This document shows, piece by piece, positions 17,680 to 26,951 of a stretch of DNA of 64,000 bases; the stretch's first letter is position 1; the number at the start of each line of letters is the position of its first letter. The notes below the pieces were generated by a model. It searched no databases. It was not told the origin of the DNA and saw only the letters and a program-made list of their open reading frames with translations. A program made the translations under genes and the position numbers. This DNA comes from Anaerolineales bacterium UBA2029 (GTDB taxonomy: Bacteria; Chloroflexota; Anaerolineae; Aggregatilineales; Aggregatilineaceae), in contig DDBP01000111.1 in the NCBI GenBank assembly GCA_002332795.1, positions 10,503 through 74,502 of the forward strand, read 5' to 3'.

Positions 17680-17735
17680 CGAAAATGCTGTGTGCGCACT
17701 GGAACAGGTGGCTGGAATAAGGGGTGAACGCTGTG

Positions 17736-19067
17736 ATGGCCCATGCAAAGGCAGTGCAGGTGATTGGGGGAGGGCTGGCTGGTTCAGAAGCAGCCTGGCA
17801 ACTGGCACAGCGTGGCATTCCCGTCGTCCTATACGAGATGCGCCCGTTGCGCATGACTCCAGCCCATCAGACAGATCAACTGGCCGAACTGGTGTGCAGC
17901 AATTCCCTTGGCTCCGATCTCCCCGATCGTGCTCCTGGCGTGCTCAAGTGGGAACTGCGACGCCTGGGGTCGCTGTTGATGGCCTGCGCCGATCAGGCTG
18001 TGGTACCTGCGGGAGGTGCGCTGGCCGTTGACCGCACCGTATTCGCGTCCCTGGTGACCGGGCGCTTGAGCAGCCATCCTCTGATCACGGTGGTGCGCGA
18101 AGAGGTCACCCGTATTCCGGAGGGGCCCTGTATCATCGCCACCGGCCCGCTCACAGCCCCATCTTTGGCCGAGGAACTGGCCCGACTGTTAGGCTCGGAG
18201 TACCTGTACTTCTATGACGCCATCGCGCCGACTGTCTATGCAGAAACGATCAATATGGATGTGGCGTTTCGGGCCAGTCGCTATGGACGCGGGGAAGAGG
18301 AGAGCGGAGACTACATCAATTGTCCGCTGACGCGCGAGGAGTACGAGCGATTCGTACAGGCCCTGCTCGAAGCTGAGCGCATCGAATTGCGAGGATTTGA
18401 GCAAGAAGACCCGCGCTTCTTTGAAGCCTGTCTGCCTGTCGAACAAATTGCAGCCAGAGGGCCTCAGTCACTGGCTTTCGGCCCGATGCGCCCGGTGGGG
18501 CTACGCGATCCACGCACTGGACGGCGCCCCTATGCGGTAGTACAGCTTCGCCAGGACGATCTGGCAGGCACTCTGTATAGTCTGGTGGGATTTCAGACCA
18601 ATCTGCGTTGGACGGAACAGCGGCGGGTCTTTCGCCTGATTCCCGGTCTGGAAAACGCCGAGTTCGCCCGCTATGGCATGATGCACCGCAACACGTTCAT
18701 CAATGCCCCCATGCATCTACGACCTACGTTGCAGTACCGACAGCGCGATGACCTGTTCTTCGCTGGACAGATCACCGGGGTAGAGGGGTATGTCGGCAAC
18801 ATAGGCACTGGCTTGCTGGCCGGGATCAATGCTGCCAACCTGCTGCAAGGCAAACCGCTATGGGAGCTGCCCCCGACGACCATGTTGGGCGCGCTGTGTC
18901 ACTACATCACACACGCTTCACCGCGCGATTTTCAGCCGATGAAGGCGAATTTCGGTATCATGCCTCCGCTGGAGGATGCTCCGCGCCACAAGAGCAACCG
19001 TAAGCAAGCCTATGCCGAGCGGGCGCGGCAGGCGCTCGAAGCATTTCTGGCCCGCCACGCCTCCTGA
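17736..19067 (+). CDS. trmFO: methylenetetrahydrofolate--tRNA-(uracil54-C5)-methyltransferase TrmFO
   Basis: Motifs: [65 protein letters not shown], and [14 protein letters not shown]. The track start is GTG 17724; the ATG at 17736 is preferred. Confidence 0.93.
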   Translation: MAHAKAVQVIGGGLAGSEAAWQLAQRGIPVVLYEMRPLRMTPAHQTDQLAELVCSNSLGSDLPDRAPGVLKWELRRLGSLLMACADQAVVPAGGALAVDRTVFASLVTGRLSSHPLITVVREEVTRIPEGPCIIATGPLTAPSLAEELARLLGSEYLYFYDAIAPTVYAETINMDVAFRASRYGRGEEESGDYINCPLTREEYERFVQALLEAERIELRGFEQEDPRFFEACLPVEQIAARGPQSLAFGPMRPVGLRDPRTGRRPYAVVQLRQDDLAGTLYSLVGFQTNLRWTEQRRVFRLIPGLENAEFARYGMMHRNTFINAPMHLRPTLQYRQRDDLFFAGQITGVEGYVGNIGTGLLAGINAANLLQGKPLWELPPTTMLGALCHYITHASPRDFQPMKANFGIMPPLEDAPRHKSNRKQAYAERARQALEAFLARHAS

Positions 19068-19184
19068 ACCGAGTTTCCAGGCAGCGCTAGTGAAACTAGC
19101 ATACCCTTTGCGTTGGGCTATAATGCCAATCGGACATCGCATGGCCATGGCCTGCCGGGCAAGGCAGGGGTTGGGACAAAGCCG

Positions 19185-20519
19185 ATGGATTCTGCCGAAC
19201 GTGGCTCAAGCCTGCACTACACACAGGCCAGTGCTGACCGGGCCTATCTGGTCGGCGTGGAGATCAGGGGGAGTCGCGCTCCGTTTTCAGTCGAGGACTC
19301 GCTCGATGAACTGACTCTGCTGGCTCAGACGGCGGGGATACAGGTAGTTGGGCGCTCGGCGCAAAGACTGGCGCGCATTGATCCCGCGACTTTCATCGGG
19401 AAAGGCAAACTGGAGGAAATTGCCCTGGCATTGCCCGCGGTCGGCGCGAACCTGGTGATTTTCGACGACGAACTGTCACCGCGTCATCAGCGCGAGATAG
19501 AAAAGGTGTTGGGCGAGGACATCCGGGTGCTGGATCGCTCGGCGCTGATTCTGGATATCTTCGCGCAACATGCACGCACGCGGGAGGGCGCGTTACAGGT
19601 TGAGCTGGCGCAATACGAATACCGCCTGCCACGGCTGACGCGGCAATGGACGCACCTGGCACGTCAGGTCGGCGGCGCAGTAGCTCGTGGCGGGGCTGGA
19701 GGAGTGGGGTTGCGCGGGCCGGGTGAAACGCAATTGGAAGTGGATCGGCGTGAAATCTCCCGTCGCATTGCTCGGTTGCGCGAGGAACTGGAAGCGGTGC
19801 GAGCGCATCGTTTGCGCCATCGCCAGCAACGAGTCCGGTCGGGCATTCCCACTGTGGCGCTGGTAGGTTACACCAACGCTGGCAAGTCAACCTTGCTGAA
19901 CGCTCTGTCAGGAGCCGATGTCTACGTGGCCGATCAGTTGTTCGCCACCCTTGATCCCACTGTCCGTCGGGTGGAATTGGCCAATGGCCGCGAGATTCTG
20001 ATTTCCGATACGGTAGGCTTCATCCAGAAGCTACCGGTGACGTTGGTTGCTGCATTTCGGGCGACACTGGAGGAGATCACCGATGCCGATCTCCTGCTGC
20101 ACGTGGTGGATGCCAGTCATCCGCGCGCCTGGGAACAGATTGATACGGTAGAGGATACGCTGGCTGAACTGGAGGCGACGCGCATTCCTAAGATATTGGT
20201 GCTCAACAAGATTGATCGCGGGGATTGCTGCCAGGACTTTGACTTCGGAGCGCTGGGGTATCGCGATGTAGTGCGTGTGTCGGCGCTGCAGGGCTGGGGG
20301 ATGGACGAATTACGTTCCGCCATTACCAGAGTGTTGCTGGAAGACCTGGTCATGCTGCGGCTGCTGATTCCCTATCAGGCGGGTGAATGGATCGCGGCTG
20401 TACACAGTCGTGGCGTAATTGTGAAAGAAGATCATACAGAATCCGGTATTGAGGTTGTTGCGCGCGTTCCCAACTGGCTCGCCGGGCGCCTGGAACAGGC
20501 CGGGCTGGTCGCCCACTGA
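19185..20519 (+). CDS. hflX: GTPase HflX
   Basis: HflX N-terminal domain: AYLVGV...SLDELTLLAQTAGIQVVG...IFDDELSPRHQREIEKVLG..VLDRSALILDIFAQHARTREGALQVELAQYEY. G motifs: GYTNAGKSTLLNAL, DTVGFI, NKID. The track start is TTG 19113; the ATG at 19185 is preferred. Confidence 0.93.
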   Translation: MDSAERGSSLHYTQASADRAYLVGVEIRGSRAPFSVEDSLDELTLLAQTAGIQVVGRSAQRLARIDPATFIGKGKLEEIALALPAVGANLVIFDDELSPRHQREIEKVLGEDIRVLDRSALILDIFAQHARTREGALQVELAQYEYRLPRLTRQWTHLARQVGGAVARGGAGGVGLRGPGETQLEVDRREISRRIARLREELEAVRAHRLRHRQQRVRSGIPTVALVGYTNAGKSTLLNALSGADVYVADQLFATLDPTVRRVELANGREILISDTVGFIQKLPVTLVAAFRATLEEITDADLLLHVVDASHPRAWEQIDTVEDTLAELEATRIPKILVLNKIDRGDCCQDFDFGALGYRDVVRVSALQGWGMDELRSAITRVLLEDLVMLRLLIPYQAGEWIAAVHSRGVIVKEDHTESGIEVVARVPNWLAGRLEQAGLVAH

Positions 20520-20540
20520 ACACATTGGGAGGCGAACTCG

Positions 20541-20924
20541 ATGTATGCGATTGGGTGGGGAATCCGTCTGATCTTGCTTCCCTTTACCTTGATCGGGCAG
20601 GGGGCAAGCAAGCTGGGCAGCTTGCTATTCGGCCCCCTGGTGCGGCGCTTCGACACCTCTCCCCGCTGGAGCCAGACGATCAACAGTCTGTCGTCGTCCA
20701 TGGCCACGCAGCGAGGGTTGTTGTTGCTCATAGGCACGGCGATTGTTGTGATAAGCCTGGTGGTCAGTGCCCTGGTCATCGTCTTGCTGGTCGCCCAAGG
20801 ACACTTTGACCGGGCGCTGTACTGGCTGTGTCTTCCTGCGGCATTGCTTCATCTGGGCATCCTGTTGGGATTCACAGGTATTATGCTCGCGGTGCCGCTC
20901 GGTCAGGGCTACAAAGACCGCTGA
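20541..20924 (+). CDS. small hypothetical membrane protein (3-4 TM)
   Basis: 127 aa with hydrophobic segments IRLILLPFTLIG, LLLLIGTAIVVISLVVSALVIVLLV and LCLPAALLHLGILLGFTGIMLAV. It starts 22 nt after hflX. I recognise no family. Confidence 0.55.
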   Translation: MYAIGWGIRLILLPFTLIGQGASKLGSLLFGPLVRRFDTSPRWSQTINSLSSSMATQRGLLLLIGTAIVVISLVVSALVIVLLVAQGHFDRALYWLCLPAALLHLGILLGFTGIMLAVPLGQGYKDR

Positions 20925-20953
20925 CTTCCTCTGTCACCCCAATCCTCTAATCG

Positions 20954-22069
20954 CTAATCGGCGTCAGAGCTGGCAGGATTGGGCGGTAATCCAACTTTCC
21001 GCGCTGCCTCATCCACACGCAGCGGATCAGTGTGAGCGTAGTAAGCGCGGGTGGTCTCCACCGAACGATGCCCCAGGTAGTCCTGCACCACGTCCAGAGG
21101 ATAACCCGCGTTGAGCAGTTGTGTGGCGCGCCAGTGCCGGAAGTCGTGCGGAGTGATGTTGCCCAGCCCTAAGGCTCGCGCTGCGCGCTGGACGACGCGC
21201 CACGCAACGACGCGGCTCATGCGAACGCCATCAAAACGGCGATCGTGGCTGACAAACAGCGGCACCTTGCCGCTTCGTGTCGCACGCAGGAAAGCTCCGC
21301 GGCGCTCGATATAGGTGCGGATGGCGGGCAACGAGTCGTAGAAGCGCAGGGCGTAGACGTGTCCGCCTTTGCCGCGCACTTCGATGCGGAGCACCTGGTC
21401 CTGTTGAAGGGCGCGCGCGGGGAAATCGTCGAGATTCAGGCTCAGTATCTCACTGATGCGGCCCCCGGACTCGGCCAGCGCGCGCACCAGGGCGCAGTTA
21501 CGCAGGCGTGTCAATTCCCAGCGCTCGATGCGCTCTGGGTCGGCATCGGGTCGGTCGAGGGCACGAGGTCGCTGCAGGTGATCGTAGTAGTAGATCACTT
21601 CTTCGATATGCGCCGGAGGCTGTGGAGGCCCAAAGCGGCGCGAGTGTCCGCGCAGTTCGTCGCGCACGATGCGTCTGGCATTCGCCAGGCGGAAGCCGGG
21701 CGGCAACCAGCCGTGATCGTCCATGAACTGAAACCAATTCAGCACGCCGGCAAGACGCAGCTCGACCGTAGATGGCTTGTAGGGCCGTTGGTCGCCCTGG
21801 CGTCCGGACGATGGACTGAGCATCCATTGGGCGAAGTAGAGCAAAATTGGGGCATCGCCTTCGGACAGGGCTGAGAGTGGGATATCGGCGGAGGTGACGG
21901 CCTGATAGTGGAGGATAGGTAGCATGCGCGACGCCAGATCGTCGGCCAGGAACTCTAGAAACAGATCAATGGCGCGACGGTAGGCTTCGATGGTGTGGCG
22001 AGATTTCAGAGTGGCCCGTTGCAGATACGCATCGCGGGCCTGGCCAAAGGTGATGGGCGTGCGCGACAT
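20954..22069 (-). CDS. tyrosine-type site-specific recombinase (phage-integrase/Xer family), catalytic residues intact
   Basis: Motifs: LAESGGRISEILSLNLDD (Arg I), GKGGHVYALRF, ITPHDFRHWRATQLL (H-x-x-R-H), and YLGHRSVETTRAYYAH (His and Tyr nucleophile). The track start is GTG 22099. I prefer ATG 22069 (MSRTPITF...) with GGAGA 8 nt upstream. Confidence 0.88.
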   Translation of the reverse strand: MSRTPITFGQARDAYLQRATLKSRHTIEAYRRAIDLFLEFLADDLASRMLPILHYQAVTSADIPLSALSEGDAPILLYFAQWMLSPSSGRQGDQRPYKPSTVELRLAGVLNWFQFMDDHGWLPPGFRLANARRIVRDELRGHSRRFGPPQPPAHIEEVIYYYDHLQRPRALDRPDADPERIERWELTRLRNCALVRALAESGGRISEILSLNLDDFPARALQQDQVLRIEVRGKGGHVYALRFYDSLPAIRTYIERRGAFLRATRSGKVPLFVSHDRRFDGVRMSRVVAWRVVQRAARALGLGNITPHDFRHWRATQLLNAGYPLDVVQDYLGHRSVETTRAYYAHTDPLRVDEAARKVGLPPNPASSDAD

Positions 22070-22110
22070 GGCATCATTCTCCGATCTGTTCTCGTCCACT
22101 CAATGACTAT

Positions 22111-22139
22111 ATTGTAACATTTCTTTGCTTATGTTACAA
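22111..22139 (-). promoter_or_regulatory. AT-rich palindrome TTGTAACAT-N10-ATGTTACAA that reads as TTGTAA-17-TACAAT toward the recombinase gene
   Basis: The + strand reads tatATTGTAACATttctttgcttATGTTACAAATatt. The minus strand gives TTGTAA-cataagcaaagaaatgt-TACAAT. By symmetry the + strand gives TTGTAA-17-TACAAA. Confidence 0.5.
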
Positions 22140-22280
22140 ATATTGATAGGCGTAGCGCATTCGTCGTGGAGCTGTACCCCCTGCTCCTTTGCCGGGCTGC
22201 AACTGTGCGCCAGTTCCTTCTTCCTCGCCGTCGCCCTGTTTCGCCTGTTCTTGAGAGATATCCTACGATATGGACCGTCT

Positions 22281-22826
22281 TTACTTCATTTGCCATATTA
22301 CTTCGGGCATATTGGCGGCGTGATTCGCGTAACGAGCGGCTACGAACAGCCAGTCCGACAGGCGATTCAGATAGCGCAGGGTTTCCCCGTTGATCTCCTC
22401 GCTGTCCTGCAACGCCACCACCCAACGCTCGGCTCGGCGGCAAATCGTCCGTGCCTGATGTAACAGAGCCGCGCAGAGCGTGCCACCAGGCAAGATGAAG
22501 TGCTTCAGTGGAGGCAACTGAGCGTCCCATTCGTCAATCTCTGTTTCCAGGGCGGTCGTAAGCTGCGCAGACACACGGACTACGTAGTTGCTGGCCGCCT
22601 CCAACGGCGTGGCAAGATCGGCGCCCACGATGAATAGCTCGCCCTGGACGCGCTGCAGAGGTGCAGTGAGCGCTTCTGGTGTCCCTCCTGCCAACACCAC
22701 GCCCAGCACGGAATTCAGCTCATCCACCGTGCCGTAGGCGTGCAGGCGTGCATGGTTTTTACTAACGCGGCCACCAGCAAAGAGGGCCGTCTTGCCTTCG
22801 TCGCCTCCGCGAGTATAGATTTTCAT
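22281..22826 (-). CDS. ATP:cob(I)alamin adenosyltransferase, PduO type
   Basis: MKIYTRGGDEGKTALFAGGRVSKNHARLHAYGTVDELNSVLGV... FILPGG ... ICRRAER. Canonical PduO/MMAB N-terminal motif. Its ATG overlaps the stop of the upstream kinase gene (ATGA). Confidence 0.92.
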   Translation of the reverse strand: MKIYTRGGDEGKTALFAGGRVSKNHARLHAYGTVDELNSVLGVVLAGGTPEALTAPLQRVQGELFIVGADLATPLEAASNYVVRVSAQLTTALETEIDEWDAQLPPLKHFILPGGTLCAALLHQARTICRRAERWVVALQDSEEINGETLRYLNRLSDWLFVAARYANHAANMPEVIWQMK

Positions 22827-25078
22827 GGGGAACTCCTCTGCAATTCTGTGAGCTGCGGGGTGACCGTGCGCATTCCTGCGGGCAATATCACCGTGACCGT
22901 AGTCCCCTGCCCCGGTATACTATCGAGATAGACTTCGCCGCCGTGACGTTCCACCACTACCTTGACCAACGCCAGACCGAGACCCGACCCGCCGATTTCT
23001 CCAGGAAGACGTTGCTTGCCACGGTAGAAGCGTTCGAAGACGTGCGGCAAGTCTTCCGGCGCTATCCCGACACCTGTATCGCGGACAATCACATAGACGA
23101 GACCTTCGTAGGAGAGCGCCTCGATGTCTACCCGCCCGCCCGGCTGTGTGAACTTGATGGCGTTGTCCACGATGTTGGCGAAAGCCTGCGTCAGTTGCTG
23201 CGCGTCTCCCCAGACGGACGGCAGCGTGTCCCCAATGTGCAGGTCCAGAGTGATCTGCCGCTCGCGTGCCGAGGGGGCCATATCCACGGCGACCCGTCCC
23301 AGCAGGTTGGCCATGTCGCACTCTTCACTCACGCGCCGCCCTGCCCCGGCCCGCTCCAGATCAAGGATACCGTTGATCAGGCGATACATGCGTGAAAGCT
23401 GCAACCAGATTGCACTGATATACTCCCGCATCTCCGCGGTGAAGACAGCCTCGCCGTCCTCCTGGAGCAATTCCATGTAGCTCATGGCGGCCTGCAACGG
23501 ATTTTTCAGGTCGTGACTGGTCATTTGCAGCATTTGACTTTTCAGTTTGTCTAATTCTTTTAATTCAGTAATATCATTTAACACAACCACCCATCCCTTA
23601 GGACGCGGGCGTCCCAGTCCCGCTACGTGGCAGAGGTACACGTGCCCCTGAACGTCTATCTCGTAGGTGTGCACACGCTTCTGCTTCAGGTCGCGCAGGA
23701 CGGCGCGGGCACTGGCCGGCAGGTACTGGCGTGGGACGAAATCGGTCAGTTTCCAGCCGACGGGGTCAACATTAGCCTGCAGCAACGTCTTCGCTGCCGG
23801 GTTGGCGAAGATGATCCGATAACGCCGATCCAGGGCAATGACTGGATTTTCGGTGCTGGTGAGCACCGCCTCAAGCTGACTCTTGGCGGTTGCCAGGTCG
23901 GTCAGCAATTCGCGTTCAGCCTCGAACAGACGACTGTTGGTAATCGCCACGGCTGCCTGTGGGCCGAGCAACTCCAGCAAGCGCAGGTCTTCCTGATCGA
24001 AGAGCCGCCCCTGGCGTCCCTGCACGACTAACAGCACGCCGACTACCTCCCCACCAAACACAAGCGGCGCGCACAGCACCGCGCCGAATGTTTCTCTGGC
24101 CAGTGGTAAGTCCGGTTCGCCGGCCCATTCGCGCCCATAGTGCTCCAGACGACGGGCGCGCTTGTCGCTGGCTACGGTGCCCACGATCCCCTGCCCCACA
24201 CGCATTGTGGTGCCAACGAACTGTTCGGGCATGTTGAAGACAGCCGCCAGGGTCAGCGTGTCATCGCGCTTGAGATAGATCGCCGCTCCATCTGCCCCCA
24301 ACAGTTCGGCGGCCTGAGCGGCGATGGCTGCCAGCGTTTCGTTGAGACGAAGTCGGCTGCTGATAGCAAGCCCTACATCGCGCACCGCTTCGAGTTGCCT
24401 GGCACGCCCCAGCAGAGGCAGCATGATTTGCTGACGTACTACGGTATAAGCCATGACCAACACCGCCGCCGCGCTTGTATCTTCGGCGATGCCCGAACCG
24501 CGTAGGCCGGGGCTGACCAGGGCCAGACTGTGTCCGATACAATAGAGGAGAATACCATACACAATTCCGCGCGCCCGAATCTTGGCCCGGTTGCGCCAGG
24601 TGACGAATGCTGTGGCGGCATGCAAGGCCAGGAAAAGCCCGGTCTGAGGGGCACTGTAGGTGAATTGCAAAGCTCCCGCGGCGCTGATGTCGAAGGGGCG
24701 GCTGATCTCCACCACAAACAACAGGAAGAACTGATACCCTGTCACCCCTACCAGCCCCACTGTGCTGGCCAGGCGAAACAAGCGCCCTCGCACGCTCGTG
24801 ATGATCACCGCGTAGATGTACAGAGCCAACCCTGCTCCAGCGTAGGCTAGATCCATGAGTCGCAGGCCCAGGCGGATCGCGTCGGCATCTGCATTCGTGT
24901 AGGCAGCCGCGCGGGCGAGCAACGAACCAGCAGCCCACAGACCCACCATGAGCAGGAAAATCGCCAGATAGCGGTTCGCGTTGCTGTGAGAATCTTGCCA
25001 GAGTGCCAGCAGTAGCAAGCCCAACGCGAAAACCAGCGTCAGGCCGTCCAGGAGGAGCACGAGGGCTGTAAGACTCAT
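22823..25078 (-). CDS. membrane sensor histidine kinase (about 6-7 TM, GAF, PAS, HisKA, HATPase_c)
   Basis: Polytopic N-terminus. GAF-like region: LAAIAAQAAELLGADGAAIYL...APLVFGGEVVGVLLV. PAS-like region: LEAVLTSTENPVIALD. H-box: LKSQMLQMTSHDLKNPL. N/G boxes: FANIVDNAIKFT, RDTGVGI, GSGLGLA. Confidence 0.9.
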   Translation of the reverse strand: MSLTALVLLLDGLTLVFALGLLLLALWQDSHSNANRYLAIFLLMVGLWAAGSLLARAAAYTNADADAIRLGLRLMDLAYAGAGLALYIYAVIITSVRGRLFRLASTVGLVGVTGYQFFLLFVVEISRPFDISAAGALQFTYSAPQTGLFLALHAATAFVTWRNRAKIRARGIVYGILLYCIGHSLALVSPGLRGSGIAEDTSAAAVLVMAYTVVRQQIMLPLLGRARQLEAVRDVGLAISSRLRLNETLAAIAAQAAELLGADGAAIYLKRDDTLTLAAVFNMPEQFVGTTMRVGQGIVGTVASDKRARRLEHYGREWAGEPDLPLARETFGAVLCAPLVFGGEVVGVLLVVQGRQGRLFDQEDLRLLELLGPQAAVAITNSRLFEAERELLTDLATAKSQLEAVLTSTENPVIALDRRYRIIFANPAAKTLLQANVDPVGWKLTDFVPRQYLPASARAVLRDLKQKRVHTYEIDVQGHVYLCHVAGLGRPRPKGWVVVLNDITELKELDKLKSQMLQMTSHDLKNPLQAAMSYMELLQEDGEAVFTAEMREYISAIWLQLSRMYRLINGILDLERAGAGRRVSEECDMANLLGRVAVDMAPSARERQITLDLHIGDTLPSVWGDAQQLTQAFANIVDNAIKFTQPGGRVDIEALSYEGLVYVIVRDTGVGIAPEDLPHVFERFYRGKQRLPGEIGGSGLGLALVKVVVERHGGEVYLDSIPGQGTTVTVILPAGMRTVTPQLTELQRSSP

Positions 25079-25097
25079 GATGGTCGTCGGTGGCGAG

Positions 25098-25808
25098 TTA
25101 TCTGCGCAGGAAGCTGCCCTGTTTTTCGAAGCGATAGCCGACGCGATGCTCGGTCTGAATATAGGTCGGATTGGCCGGGTCTGGCTCGATCTTGCGGCGC
25201 AACTGACTGATATAGACGCGGGGGTAGTATACGTCGTCCACGTACTCCGGCCCCCACACCTGTTCGAGCAAGTCTCGCTGCGATACCACCCGCCCGGCGT
25301 TTTCGAACAGGACCATCAATAGCTTGAACTCGGTAGGCGTCAGGTGGACTTTCTGGCCGTTGACATAGACTTGCCGACGGGGCAGGTCTATGTTCAAGTA
25401 GCCATCATTGTATCCAGACTCTACTTGCGGAGCGACCATTTGCGACCGCCGCAGCAGTGCTTTGACGCGGGCGACAAACTCGTTGAGCCGGATAGGTTTG
25501 ACCAGATACTCATCGGCTCCAGCGTTCAGTCCTTCGATGATGTCCTCTTCGGTGATAGCCTGCGCCGAGAGCATCATCACTGGTGTTTCGGCTACTTCGC
25601 GGATGCGCGTGCACACAGTAAGCCCGCTCATCTCCGGCATCACGATGTCCAGTACCACCAGATCGGGCCGCTCCGAGTGAAACAGACGCAACCCCTCCAG
25701 TCCGTCTCCTGCCAGGACGACTTCGAATCCTTCGCGTTGCAGTTTGCGCCCCAACGCATCGCGAATGGCGAATTCGTCATCTACGATCAGAACTTTGGCC
25801 GTCATCAT
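25098..25808 (-). CDS. OmpR-family response regulator (REC plus winged-helix)
   Basis: Motifs: KVLIVDDEFAIRDAL...PDLVVLDIVMPEMSGL...MLSA...ADEYLVKP, and C-terminal LTPTEFKLLMVL......EHRVGYRF. The track start is TTG 25832. The ATG at 25808 has GGGGAG upstream. Confidence 0.92.
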   Translation of the reverse strand: MMTAKVLIVDDEFAIRDALGRKLQREGFEVVLAGDGLEGLRLFHSERPDLVVLDIVMPEMSGLTVCTRIREVAETPVMMLSAQAITEEDIIEGLNAGADEYLVKPIRLNEFVARVKALLRRSQMVAPQVESGYNDGYLNIDLPRRQVYVNGQKVHLTPTEFKLLMVLFENAGRVVSQRDLLEQVWGPEYVDDVYYPRVYISQLRRKIEPDPANPTYIQTEHRVGYRFEKQGSFLRR

Positions 25809-25877
25809 CTCATCTCCCCGCCTCGCCGGCAAGCTGTTGGACTTGCAGGCGCCTGATGATTCGGTCAGTAAGTCTGG

Positions 25878-26801
25878 TCAGTGCTGCGCCAGAAAAGCAG
25901 CGACCTCGTCGGCAGTGGGCAGCGAAGGCTGAGCGCCCATCTTGGTGGCCGCCAGAGCGCCGCAGGCACTGGCATAGCGCGCTGCTTGCTGCAGATCACT
26001 CCCCTGCCCCAAAGCAACCGCCAGCCCTGCGTTGAATGCATCACCTGCGGCTGTCGTGTCGACTGCCTGGACCCGGAAAGCCGGTATACGGACAGTCCTG
26101 TGGCGATCAATCACCAGCGCTCCTTCGGCTCCCAAGGTGACAATGCCCTCATTGACTCCCAGGCCGAGCAGTATCTGTCCCAACTGCTCATCTGTCAGAT
26201 TCAGGATGTCCTGTTCGGCAATTCCAGCCAGTTGCGCCAGCTCGATACGGTTGGGAGTCAACACATCAACCGCCTGTAGAAGTTCGCGCGGGAGGGTGCG
26301 CGCGGGCGCGGGATTGAGCACGACCTTCACACCATGGGCACGCGCGATGCGCGCCGCCGTCATCACTGTGTCGAGAGGCACTTCCAGCGGCATCACCAGG
26401 GCATCCGCCTGTGAAAATGCCTCCTGTGCCGCTTCCACATGTTCCGGTAGCAGTCGCATGTTGGCTCCGGACGCCACGGTGATGCTGTTTTCCCCGTCTG
26501 CCGCGACGGCGATCAACGCGACTCCTGTGGCCTCTTCGGGGTCGCGGGTGATATAGCGAGTGTCAATGCCTTCTGCGCGATAAGTCTGTACACACTGATC
26601 GCCAAAGATATCCATACCTACACGGGCGACGAACAGGACATCGGCCCCCAGGCGGGCTGCGCCCACGGCCTGGTTGGCTCCCTTTCCCCCCATGGCCATC
26701 ACGAAACTGTGACCCAAGACGGTCTCACCAGGCCGGGGAATGTGGGGGGTCTGCACAACGAAATCTACATTGGCGCTCCCAACCACGATGACACGGGGCA
26801 T
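25878..26801 (-). CDS. rbsK: ribokinase
   Basis: Motifs: PRVIVVGSANVDFVVQTPHIPRPGETVLG..F.MAMGGKGANQAVGAARLG, and C-terminal VDTTAAGDAFNAGLAVAL. The track start is 26828. The ATG at 26801 has AAGGAG upstream. Confidence 0.9.
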   Translation of the reverse strand: MPRVIVVGSANVDFVVQTPHIPRPGETVLGHSFVMAMGGKGANQAVGAARLGADVLFVARVGMDIFGDQCVQTYRAEGIDTRYITRDPEEATGVALIAVAADGENSITVASGANMRLLPEHVEAAQEAFSQADALVMPLEVPLDTVMTAARIARAHGVKVVLNPAPARTLPRELLQAVDVLTPNRIELAQLAGIAEQDILNLTDEQLGQILLGLGVNEGIVTLGAEGALVIDRHRTVRIPAFRVQAVDTTAAGDAFNAGLAVALGQGSDLQQAARYASACGALAATKMGAQPSLPTADEVAAFLAQH

Positions 26802-26888
26802 ACTGGCGTAAACTCCTTTTGTGAACATGTTCCGAGGTCTGTCAATGCCCTAATCTTACTCAGACATGTGGTTTTGTGCATCCTGGGC

Positions 26889-26925
26889 AAACGAAAGGGC
26901 CGGCCTCTCGGGTGGGGGCCGGCCC
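26889..26925 (-). terminator. rho-independent terminator after acnA
   Basis: The minus strand reads GGGCCGGCC-cccacccgaga-GGCCGGCCC followed by TTTCGTTTG. Confidence 0.65.
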
Positions 26926-26951
26926 CGGATGCCTTGCATACGGCCAGAAAG

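Noticed and set aside
20954-22099. The intact integrase as the edge of a prophage or genomic island.
   Set aside because: Flanking genes on both sides are ordinary chromosomal genes with the same composition. I saw no phage, conjugation or cargo genes and no flanking direct repeats. The nearest tRNA genes are about 6.6 kb and about 10 kb away.
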